Assembly (NCBI GenBank): GCA_907165135.1
Contig: OU015566.1
Span: forward strand, 2,418,001 to 2,482,000
Origin: Oikopleura dioica
Taxonomy: Eukaryota > Animalia > Chordata
Direction: 5' to 3'
Length of the DNA: 64,000 bases
Shown here: positions 50,762 through 61,472 of the stretch, in pieces
Position numbering within the stretch: position 1 is the stretch's first letter
Layout: each line of letters starts with the position of its first letter
The notes under the pieces: model-generated
What the model was told of the DNA's origin: nothing
Seen by the model: only the letters and a program-made list of their open reading frames with translations
Database searches by the model: none
Made by a program: the position numbers and the translations under genes

Positions 50762-51075
50762 TTATTTTCTCCCCAGTTTCACGCAGTATTGGAAGAATCT
50801 TTGCCTGTCATCTTGGTAGCGAAATTTTCCTCGGGTTTGAAGCTCGTTTGCTAGTCGAATGCAGGTAAAGTTGATCTGGTTGTTTCTTGTCGATCTAAAG
50901 ATTTGTTATTAGACTTTATTTATTAAAGTTTTTCGAAAAAAATGAAAAAAAAAATTTTGTACCTTATTAATTCTTGAATGTCCATTTCTATCGCTCCATA
51001 TTCAATTCTAGGAAAACATTCTGCAGAATGACTGAAGAAGATGAAAATAGATGAAATAATGGCCGTGAAATTCAT
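50762..51075 (-). CDS. 81-aa secreted precursor ending in G-R-K (candidate amidated peptide)
   Basis: Exons 51075-50963 and 50894-50762, joined by a phase-2 GT-AG intron: MNFTAIISSIFIFFSHSAECFPRIEYGAIEMDIQELIRSTRNNQINFTCIRLANELQTRGKFRYQDDRQRFFQYCVKLGRK-stop. Confidence 0.65.
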
Positions 51076-52059
51076 CGTTCTGTTCGTGGATGTCGTTGTT
51101 CATAAACTGTTCAATATGAGGAGAACGAGACGCTCAGGAAGCTTTTATGGGCTTGGTCGAAAAAGGTGGCACTCTTGGATACGGCGTCCCTACAGCACCT
51201 CGGAACGCGCCACGGCAGCATTTTTCTGATCTGCCTGAGCAATTAAGTATAATCATCGCTGATAACTATCGATGGAAAAAGTGAACTCTATCTTTTGATA
51301 TTTCTGGCGGAGAACAAAGATTTTTGTAATAAGCGTTAGAAATGTTAAAAATTGATCTGATCGAACACATGTGAACATGGTTTATCATACCATATTTAAG
51401 ATAAGTATCAGATATACTAAACTTTCCGAATATTATTATTAAAGTTACTTACTTGTAACTAATGATATTTTGAATGTTATTACAATATTTATAAGAGATG
51501 CGGTAAAAAGATTTTATTTTCGACAAATCTATAAATACGACTCATATATTCAATTTTGATTATGAATCAGAAACAATATCGTCGGACATTTTTTTTGAGA
51601 ATTCTATACCAAGCGTCATTTAGTTCTTGATAACAATTTTCTTTTTTTAAAACGATGAATGTGTCCCATAAAGAACAGATCTGCCATGACGACATGAATT
51701 ATACCTTTCATTGGGTTTACAATGTAAACTTTACATTCTACACTTTACAAGAAAGTATTTTCCATTATTTTTTATCACCGAAGAATATGAACAATAGCAT
51801 TTTATTCATAGGCCTTTCAATCGTGTATAAGCAAAGTTGGGTTGTCGTTCGGAGATACCGAAGTTTAGTTCCGCATAAAAATAAGACACTTTGTCTATCT
51901 GAATTGAATCAGTACTCTGAGTCAAGAATGAATTGTTGGTGGCGATCATAACTGGACGTTTTCGTCTGACGTATCTTCTTACGTATTTTTCTTACGTTTT
52001 ACTGTACGTATTTTCAACAAGCCCATTCGTAATTTTCAGCACCTCGATCAGACGTGTCA

Positions 52060-52710
52060 GAAATGATTCTTCTTGACCTATGGATGGAAAGAGACCTAGT
52101 CGTAAATAGACGGGAGAGGAAGTTCTTTTTGAATTGACGATGAAATTGGATATTTTTGAATAAAAAATAATCTTCTTGAGCAGTCAGCCTTGACGACCAA
52201 TTCTCTTAGGGGCACCGGCGAACGAGGATCATAATTAATTTAATTGAAGGCGATAATTTATCGCCACAGGATAGACTGCTGGATGCTCCGGACTCATTCC
52301 AAAAGAGCAACCCTCATTATTTTCTTCAGCATGAGATTCTTCTTCTACGATTGGATCAACTCTTGTGACATCGCTAAATGTCAAGGGCGGATAGACTCGT
52401 CCAACTTGTCGCTAACGGGATTAGGTAACCGATGACTATATTTTTAACGAAAGGATAAGATTCTGAGACCTTTTCGATGATGGAAAATGAACTTTGTAAT
52501 TCAAAAAGTGATGGATCATTTCATCCCAAATGGCGCCTTGGAAATCATTTGATCTTATTTCTTCAGAAATATAATTTTGCCTGGCCAGACTCAGTACGAC
52601 TCATCAAAGAACTTTGAATATAGTGTTCGCCTAGGACCCCGAATGAAGTGCTGAAATGGGAAGTCTGTGCCGACTCGGTTCAATAACGCTACGAAGACGC
52701 CTCAAAGTAA
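52060..52710 (+). pseudogene. Possible decayed gene
   Basis: Protein-like blocks (RIIINLIEGDNLSPQDRLLDAPDSFQKSNPHYFLQHEILLLRLDQLL, KYNFAWPDSVRLIKEL) bounded by splice-like sites but broken by TGA, TAA and TAG stops. Confidence 0.3.
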
Positions 52711-53547
52711 TCAAGAAATAGGAAGAAAACAATAAAATACTTTTTGATCAGTAGATCAATGATGCTTACGAATGGGCTCAAATAAAACTAATCGCAAGTT
52801 TTTTTATTTTCGCCGTCGTTTCTGATGCTTTATGCATTTGTTAGAAGAAGAATATGGTTCTTTACTACTATTTTGTATATGACGATTTATGAATGAGTAT
52901 TCAACCGTTTTGAGTTCAGCACTACTTATACACGAGTAGTCTGAACTTTGTCGACTTTCGAAATGCACACTGGTCTCTTTTGCAAATATTTGTTCTTTCA
53001 CTTTCCTTCAAAGAAATCAGATTTCAATGAATCCACTCAATCTTAGTCTCATTATGATTATTCTTTGAATTTTGGATTTTCATTTTTCTATTATTTTATC
53101 ATATATAATTCGAAAAGATATACGACGAATATTTGAATGTATAATCGAATCATCTTTTATATAAAAATATGATGAAGTAATTGATATTAACCTTTTTGTC
53201 AGGGTAAATAACTTCCTCTGAGAAATTTTTCAAAATAAAAAATAATCTTTATGGTCCCGGAATCTGAGGAAAAATTATCCAAAATAAGCCCAAATGGTTT
53301 TTTTCTGACCCAATAATGTCCTTTTTCTCTTTCTGTACTGTCTGAAAACTCAAAAAATATCAAGTCAAAACTGGCAAGTAATCTACTGCAGCTGGATCTT
53401 CTTGACTCATTTCGTGCCTTCCGCATTTCTGCGAATTGCTTGCTCTGGGCTTATCTCGACCTCACTAACTGACTCTTCCAACAAACTCAAATTCCATTTC
53501 AAACTACGATTAGACGCAAGCAAAGTCAGAAAAATAACTTTTTGTAA

Positions 53548-54650
53548 ATGTCAAGAGAGCCACAAAGATGCACAACAACTTTCAGCGGATTGAAATATCT
53601 CGGATCGGTCGAAATTCTCCAGAGTTTAGTGAGGGTTTCGAATCAATTGAGGAGCGATATATGTAGCTATGCAGTGAACAAGATTCTTCAACGATACAAT
53701 CGATCAAACTTCTGGCAGAATCATACGGACACGCAAGTTTCGCAAGTAGAAAACTTTGTTGGAAGATCTCCCATAAACCCTTGGCTCCAGCAAATTTGTG
53801 ATATCCACGTAAGTAAAAAGGAGTTTTTTAATTAATTAACATGGGCAAGAAACCTCCAAGAAAACCGATTTTTGGGGACTTATCCGATTTTGGCCCAATC
53901 CAATTTCTCTAAAAAATCTTGCAGTGGAATCAAGGAAGACCTTCAACTAACTCTCTTCTTCAGATTTCGCCTGACAGAATAATCGTCAATGCGAATGACG
54001 GAAGATTCGTCACTAGAATATTTGAACACCCACTCGTCAACACCTCCATCGCTGCGAGGGATATTGGGGATCCAAATTTATGGTTCTACGTTTTTAAAAC
54101 TATAGACGCTGGCGACCGAATTCCAAAGCGGCATTTATATCTATTCGAATGCACAGATTTTCTTCAAGCTTCGAAGCTTCACAATGTCAGCATTGATCGT
54201 TTCACTCGCCCTCCCCGACCTCCTGGAACTTCCTTTCATCCACTTTCAAAAAACCTTTCCCACTCACAGTCCAAATCGCCTCAAAATTCTCAAAGCCCCT
54301 CGATGGGAAATAGTTATTCAAGGTTCACTTGACAGATCTGATTATCGTTTAAATTATTGCCTGTACATACCTTTTCAATACATCAATTCATGCAAACGAA
54401 CTTGCCTAATATTCCCGTCACTCATCTGGCAGCTACATATCTATCACCGAGACCAGAGAAAACCATTTATTTCGGCTCTACTAGCTTGAAACACGCCTTT
54501 AATACATCGCTAGTCAGCCGATTAGCCGACAAGAGTAAGCCGACTCGTTTTTTTGATGTGGCGCTGAAAAGAATAAGTTCAGTTTCAATTCTCAACAACG
54601 AGCAAATCATACAAGAACAAACTGTTTTTTCTGATCAACAAAGTTGCTGA
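53548..54650 (+). CDS. Shc-like PTB-domain protein
   Basis: KYLGSVEILQSL...AVNKIL matches the Shc PTB YLGxVEVLQSM motif. The second exon has LQISPDRIIV, LWFYVFK and HLYLFEC. The 3' exon structure is uncertain. Confidence 0.65.
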
Positions 54651-54735
54651 AGAGAAGACTAGAATCAATCAAAAATATTATGAGAATATATTTTCTGGTG
54701 AGTTAGGGTTAGACTTATAAATGAGCAGTAGCACG

Positions 54736-55106
54736 ATGAAAGAAAATATTTTTATATTAATTTAATTTTTTTAATTTTAAAAAAGTCCAAGATCCTTATT
54801 TCTTCCCTGATCATCACCAGCGAAGCGCAAAACGGCGGATTTTCTGTGAGCAATGAAGCCAGAGTCATTTACAATTACGGTATTCCAGAAGTTTTTACTC
54901 ATTCCTTTAACTTTTTTGAAGCAAAATCGCATCAAGAATTCTGTGGATTGGCGCACTGTCGCGACTGCTTGACATTGCTGCGAAAGGAGAGCCAAATCTA
55001 TGGATCTGAAGCGTTGCAACGGCAAGGCTACTGGACTTGCACTGTCATCTGGCTCTGGAACGACTGCTGCCCGAAATGGGCCGAGACTGTAGTTCAAATG
55101 CTCTGA
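54736..55106 (+). CDS. Second member of the FC-x4-C-x2-C...C-x8-CCP small secreted family
   Basis: FCGLAHCRDC-x23-C-x8-CCP at 54939-55073. A signal-like KILISSLIITSEA lies upstream in another frame, so the junction is unresolved (intron or frameshift). Confidence 0.55.
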
Positions 55107-55779
55107 TACATTCTTTTTCAATTATCTTAAAGTTTGATTCGTCGTGTTTTTATTTACTGGGAGTAGTTTCGAATAAAGATTTCCGCAATGTAAAATTCTA
55201 AAAAGTATCATTTGATTGATTACCAATTAAATATCCATATCTTCAAATGTAGATATTGCCGGCAGAATATTTTGAATCTTCGGAAATGAAATTCTGTATA
55301 TGAGAATCCAAGTTTTCAAGACAAATTGTCGTATAGATAGAGACGAACCGTCAGTAAGACTTCGATATGAGAATGATAAAATGAATTGAATTATTTTAAA
55401 CATGTGTGTCCATTCTTATTAAGTGCCGGTTCAAAAGCAATTAAAAAAGTTCAGAAGTAAAAGAAGAAAGGACGAATTAACAGATGTTGAACTATTTATG
55501 TACAATTATAGACCCACTTACTCACTTGTGGGAAGTAGCTTGGCCGCACAGTGACTGCGAAGTTTAAGAGGTTTAAATCCAGTGTTTACTGCTCCGCCAT
55601 AAATGTAGCAGCTAGGAGGAGGCAGCAACTGACTTTCCTTTGAAACGATCTAGGAGTTTTTAGCTCTCATTCAGCTTTAGCTTTATCCAGGTAAAACAGA
55701 GAGATAAATTCATACCTTACTTTGATCAAAATTTTCTAGGTTTTTTTGTTCCCGAACGTAAAACCACCAAACCAGCAAG

Positions 55780-56727
55780 ATGGAGTCAATCAAGCACAAG
55801 ATGGACACCATGGTCAAGGAGAAGGAGGCCGCCACCGAGAAGGCCAACTCTCTCGAGGCCGAGGCCCAGGAGTACGAGAAGACCGCCGCCAAGTTCGAGA
55901 AGGAGGTCTCCGAAATCCAGCGAAAGATCGCCAAGGTCGAAGATGACCTCGATATCACCATCTCTGTCACTAAGGACACTGCTGAGAAGCTCGAACTCGC
56001 TGATAAGGTCAGTAAAAGTCGAATACTGTAAAGAAAACTAAAACTTCTTTCAGGAAGCCGTCGATGCTGAATTGCAGGCTGGTGCCCTCAAGCGACGACT
56101 TGCCCTCCTTGAAGAAGAAACTATGCGAAACAAGGAGCGACTCCAGGAGAACATCGAGAAGTGCAAATCCATCGAGGCTTCTGGCCAGGAGAACGAAGAC
56201 GCCCGAAAGGCCGGTGAAGCTCGATCCTTCGCCGCTGAAGAGTCTCTCGAACAGATGGAGACCCAGCTCGAGGAGGCCAACGAGGTCGCCAAGATCTCCA
56301 ACCAGAAGTTCGAAGATGCTTCCCGAAAGCTCAAGGTCGTTGAGGGCGATTTGGAGCGAGTTATTGAGCGAGCTGAAGAATTCGAGACCAAGGGTAAGCT
56401 TTTTTTGTTTATTCCGATTTCAATCTCTCTTTTCTAGCCCGAGAACTCGAGACCCAGATCCGAGAAATGGAAGCTAAGGTCAAGGAGACCGAAGCTATCA
56501 CCATCAAGAACGGTGAGGAAGAAGAGAAGTTCGAGAACAAGATCGCCCACCTCCAGGAAGAATTCAAGTCCCAGGATACCCGAGCTGAATTCGCCGAGCG
56601 ATCCGTCGACAAGCTCGAGTCCTCCATCGACGGTCTTCTCGAGTCCCTCATGAACGAGAAGCTCAACTACCGATCAATCTCTGAGAAGCTCGACAAGACC
56701 CTCAACGACATGATGTCCATGTCTTAA
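55780..56727 (+). CDS. TPM: Tropomyosin (285 aa)
   Basis: Exons 55780-56007, 56054-56393 and 56438-56727 total 858 nt. MESIKHKM start, LKRRLALLEEE, RKLKVVEGDLER, RAEFAERSVDKLE and LDKTLNDM. Confidence 0.95.
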
Positions 56728-56934
56728 ATCACCAAAAAAACCTTTTCTTTTTAAAGCTGAGCTGAATCCGCCTAGAAATAGGTGCTCCAATGTCTGTTTG
56801 TTAACGTGATCGGCTGATCAGGCTGAGAATATCTTTTTCTGACTGGAAATAAATCTCGAGTCATTTCAATTTCTTCTGTTTAGTTAATTATTATTAAATA
56901 AGTATCAGTGTAAAAAAGAGGGAAGAAAATGTGA

Positions 56935-57905
56935 TTATGCGGAGCGACGAGATTTTTTCTTAACAAGTTTAGCTCGCAACGAGTCGGAGCAGAGTTGAAA
57001 AGCCGTTTTTTCTTCTGAAAAGAAAAAGGTTAAAAAATATTTGAGGGCTTCATAAAACCCTATCTCAGGCCTATATGTTCCCATGCCCATTACCTGTATT
57101 AGTGATGGTTGGATCAGCCCCAATTTCAAGCAGAAAAAACGCGGTTGAAAGGCGATCTTCTTCACAAGCCATGTGTAGAGGAGTATTGCCAAGGTTGTCT
57201 CGAACATCTATCATCGGATTGTACTAGATCAAGCTGTCAGATTCTGCAAAAAGAAAGAGAGACTTACCTGTATCATCATTTCTATAACCTTATCGTATCC
57301 TTTTGAAGCGGCTCTGTGAAGTGGAGAATGACCGTATTTATCTTGAGCATCGGGCTCTGCTCCACGGGAAAGCAGCATTGGAAGAATATCTGAAGGATAG
57401 ATTCAGAGAAATTGAAGATAGCAAGTACAGTCTTACGAGTGTGGTTTTTGCTGGCAACATAGTGGAGCGGGACTTGGCAGTTGACTGTTCTCGCATTTAC
57501 TAGAACCAGAATTGATTAAATAGTTTCAATAAAGAGGCTTACCTCCAGACCCGGCTGCAAGTAAAATCTCAGTAATCTCATCCGATCCAGCGGAAACAGC
57601 GCAATGAAGGGGCGTCAAAAAGAAGGGTTGAAAAAACTTTTTAAGATGTGCACTTGTCACTTCTTTCTTTGCTCAACCCTGCCCCAGCCCATGTCATCTT
57701 TGACGTTCACTTTGGCGTTGAATTTCGCGATGAGGAGCTTTGCTATGTCGACGTTATTCGTGCAGGATGCCCAGTGAAGTGCTGTTCGGCCGCCGTTGTC
57801 TTGTTTGTCGACTAGATTTGGCTCTTCTTCTAGTCTGGTGTTGAGCAGCGGCTCGTGGCCTCCATAAGCGAGATTACAGAGCTCCAAATTCGACACTTGA
57901 GACAT
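56935..57905 (-). CDS. PSMD10: Gankyrin, 26S proteasome assembly chaperone (ankyrin repeats)
   Basis: RTALHWAS, DDMGW|TPLHCAVSAG, PLHYVASKN, GAEPDAQDKYGHSPLHRAASKG, GNTPLHMACEEDR and EEKTAFQL follow the gankyrin repeat order. Confidence 0.92.
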
Positions 57906-58031
57906 CTTAAAACATTGAAAATCCGTGTTGAAAAAGGTGGAAAAATAGAAAACGTTTTGTAAAGAAAATAAGAACAGAGAAAACATGAACAGATAAGTAG
58001 AGGCTGATAGAGCGATACAAAAGCTAGAATT

Positions 58032-59379
58032 TTAGTTGACAGACTCGAAAAAATCAGCGTGGCGTTGAGAGTCATCGTTGGAGCGCAGTGAGTAGTCTTC
58101 TGTTACATCTGGAATGGTGTTTTCTTGGGCTCTTTGAGCAGTGTCGGTCTGAAGGTATTAAGAGGATCGAAAAAGGGGGTTTTAGTCTTACCGTTGGGAT
58201 TTCGTCGAGCTCGGATTCGGAGTCAGGCAAACGGCCCTCAGTAAGATCGTCTTCTTTTGTCAAAATTTCTGAAAACGCGCCTCAGGAATTTACTTGAATG
58301 GCCGTCTTACCTGAATGTTCTTCAGTAAAATCATCCGTGTACGAAATACCAGCTGTTTCATTTGTTCTACTTGTCAGCAACGGGTCTTGATTAGCGTCAA
58401 ACGGAATAAGAGAAGAATCGGCAGAAGTAACGGACAACGCGATTTTGTAGAAACGCTCGATGAACTTCCACCAATTTTCGAAGCAGATTTCGTTGTTTTC
58501 GTTCGACGGTTTTAGGCCTTTGAAGATAACGTCGGATAATTCAGTCGAGATTATCGGCATCGTATCTGAATATGAATGTTATAAAGGACCCTTCAATTAA
58601 ACCTGGAATGGCAAGATATAAAGACACCTGGATCTGAATAATAAAGATGTCATTGACAATGTCATGTACCTTTGTAATAAAGACCATTTAGGGAGTCAGG
58701 TCTCTATACAGGCTTCTTAGCCTAGATCCTAATCCTTACCGATAAGAGCGCTAGAAGCGTCATCAATGTGAATAAATCCACTCTTCGAATGATCATACGC
58801 ATCAAACTCCTTCTTCGCCTTCTCTTTTATCTGATCTAACGAAACGACGCTAGAATTTGTCTCTCTTTCTTGGCCCTCGCCATTTTCAGCGGGCTTTGGT
58901 GGCAGTGCGGCAGTGGTAGCTTCAGGTTCCCTTTTGTTCTCGAGTAAATGGTGAATTACGGGAGTTTTTGAGTTCTGTTCTCAGGCTTACTTTCTTCTTC
59001 CTTCGCAAAAGCAGAAAAAGAGCGAGAAATGAAGCGGTTCCTGAATGTTGAGTGAAAGTTCTGTTTCGTCACAAGTGTAGAGTGGCGACTCGAGGACCAT
59101 TCCTGCTTCCGCTTCCAACACTTTCAGCGAGTTGAACATGCCCAGTTTTCTGAGGCAGTCGGCAGCAATGGACAAGCATAATCGCTCGTCGTCACATCTT
59201 TTCGCTGGTTGTGGCTTTTCATCTGAAAGGAGATGTAACGGAACCCAAAAAGTGCTTAAAGATGTACCTAAGCAGCTGAAAATCGCGGCTCTCAGTTCAG
59301 CTTTGATCCTGCTCAGCGTTCCACTGGCCTCTAAATTATTCACCAGCAAATCTCTCAGTTCCACATCATCATCAAGCAT
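58032..59379 (-). CDS. CEP43: FGFR1 oncogene partner / CEP43 centrosomal LisH protein
   Basis: ELRDLLVNNLEASGTLSRIKAELRAAIF matches the FOP N-terminal LisH region. Acidic C-terminus DVTEDYSL...ADFFESVN-stop. Confidence 0.85.
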
Positions 59380-59475
59380 TCTAAAATCAACTTTTTCAGG
59401 ATTTCAGGAAAGCCCTGGTTCGAGGATAAAGATAAATGGCGAGTTGTTAAATTCATGTTTTTCTGTGAAGCTTGC

Positions 59476-61135
59476 TCATTTTCGTCCTTTCTTTCCTTTT
59501 CCACCGCGTTTTTCAACCTTGCCGCCTTTCCCACCTTCTTTTTGCTTCGACCCGGGCTTGTTTATTGGTGAGTACAAGCCTATATTGACTAGATATAGAG
59601 ACTATTTTCCGTCTTCACCATTCCTTCACATGTTTTCGCAGCTTTGGATCTTTCTTCGCCTTCTGTCGGTCAACCAAACTGTGTTTCTTTGCCTCCAATT
59701 CTTTTAGCTTCTTTCTATTGAAGTCGTTTTTCTTTCGCTGCTTCGCTTTTAGGCCATCTTGGCAGGGATTTGTTTGGCCGTTTCGAATAGCCCTGGCTGT
59801 GTGTTATGCTTATTCAAAATCGAAAAAATGAGGAAAAAAAGCCCCGATCCTAAAGCCGCAGCAGATTGAGCTTGAAGATCTTCAAAGTCAATGTCGTCTC
59901 CATCAACTTTCTTAATGAAAAATGAGTGTACGTCCTGCCCTCAGCGAATCTCGGACTTACTGTCTTTTTGATAACAACTGTCTGCTCGCCATTGTCGAAT
60001 TCCTCCTCAGATTCATCTTCATTTTGAGTAAACTGGTCGACGTACTTTTCCAACAGCTCGTTTTTCTGCTTTATTTCTTCCCTCTTTTCCTTGTTAATTC
60101 GCTGCTTCTCTGTCTAAAAAGCTCATCAAACGAAAAAAGCGGTTTCTAGTGCTGACCTGGATCTGTCGGTTGAGTTCTTCGCGCGCCTTTGCTTTTCGCG
60201 CAAGTTTTCTTTTCCGAAAACCTGAAATAAAATAATCATTCGACACCCTTCAAAATGCATTTTTTATCATCCGCCTCAGCTGTCAGCAGTCTGAATTTCA
60301 GAATATCGGACTTTAGGCCACCTTAATTAGGCGATCAAAAAGGGAATCTCATGTTCCGCCTGTACTGGGCTCGGCAAACCCTGTAGGTAACCTAAGCTAG
60401 TTTCTGAAGAGCTTAAACGAGAAGCAAAGCGGCTTTCTTAAAAACGAAGCCGCATAGCGGCTTCGCAAAATCACGATTTAAGTCTACTGTTACCTACTGG
60501 AGCTAGGCTCGTCATCCTGTACTGAAAAATATACTGCACAGCCTACTGTTTCCTGTTTTCTAACTACTGTACTGTTAACTGGAGGAGCAACTTCGCGGCT
60601 TCTCTTTGAAAAAGCCGCTACACGGCATTGCATTGAAGCTCCTCAGAATCTGACTCAGGCTATCTACACGGGGGGCGGGCGGCCACGGTACAAAAGTGAA
60701 ATTTGTACCGCGGGTACAAATTTTGTACCGCCGGTACAAAAAATGATAATTTTTTTGCTAATAAAAACCGATTTTTACCCAAAATAATGCTCATTTTTGG
60801 AAAGAACTCAACCTTTTCTATACCAGTACGGAGTTTCCTTCAATTCTAGCGCGAAGCGCACACTTTTCTCGGATTTTATTTTTGGCTTGTACCGGCGGTA
60901 CAAAAATTTTTTTACCGGCGGTACAAATTTGTAACGGCGGTACAAATTTGTACCGTGGCCGCCCTACACCCATCTACACAGGGTGCCGAGCTCAGGTCCT
61001 GGTCTTCCCCAAAATTACTAGATCGAGAATAAATTTACCTGTTAAAAACTCTTTTCTCGCGGCTGGATCAAACGAAAGCACCAAATCTGCTCCTTCTCTC
61101 AATTCCTTCTTTCTCCGCCCTGTTTTCTTCACCAT
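59476..61135 (-). CDS. NOL12: Nucleolar protein 12 (Nop25/Rrp17 family)
   Basis: LVLSFDPAARKEFLT|GFRKRKLARKAKAREEL is the family signature, split by a TE-filled intron (~61036-60222). Lys-rich tail. Confidence 0.88.
60365..60995. mobile_element. CTGGGCTCGGCA-family TIR element in NOL12 intron 1
   Basis: Left CTGGGCTCGGCAAACCCTG, right CAGGGTGCCGAGCTCAG. Same terminus as 43834-44329. No TSD retained. Confidence 0.7.
60670..60971. mobile_element. Nested GG-terminated MITE with 8-bp TSD
   Basis: Core TIR GGGCGGCCACGGTACAAA (60677-60694) / TTTGTACCGTGGCCGCCC (60947-60964). Direct repeat ATCTACAC at 60662-60669 and 60972-60979. Internal GGTACAAA repeats. Confidence 0.8.
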
Positions 61136-61472
61136 CTTTTCTTTTTCACTTTTTCTTCAACTTCCAAAATTCGTGTTCTTTTCGAATTCTTCTCTATTCT
61201 CCCAGGCTGAGTCACCAGCGAGCGCGCCACAAAGCCAATCGAGAAACGCGAAAATCAGAAATTATTTGAAATTAATCGAGAAGCGGAAACTATTTCTCTT
61301 TTTTCTAGCGGATTTGAGAGACGATGAATGATGAATTGAGAGAAATTGTCCAGTTTTTTAGATTTTTTTTTAATTTCTCGCTTTTATATTTAAAAATTGT
61401 TAAAAATCTTTGACATTTTTTCGCTTTTTCTTTTGTAAAATTGCCAGTTTTAGTAAGTATTTTATCTATAGA

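Noticed and set aside
52060-52710. In-frame stops as evidence of codon reassignment
   Set aside because: All three stop codons occur, and intact genes in the window use them as normal terminators. Decay is the simpler explanation.
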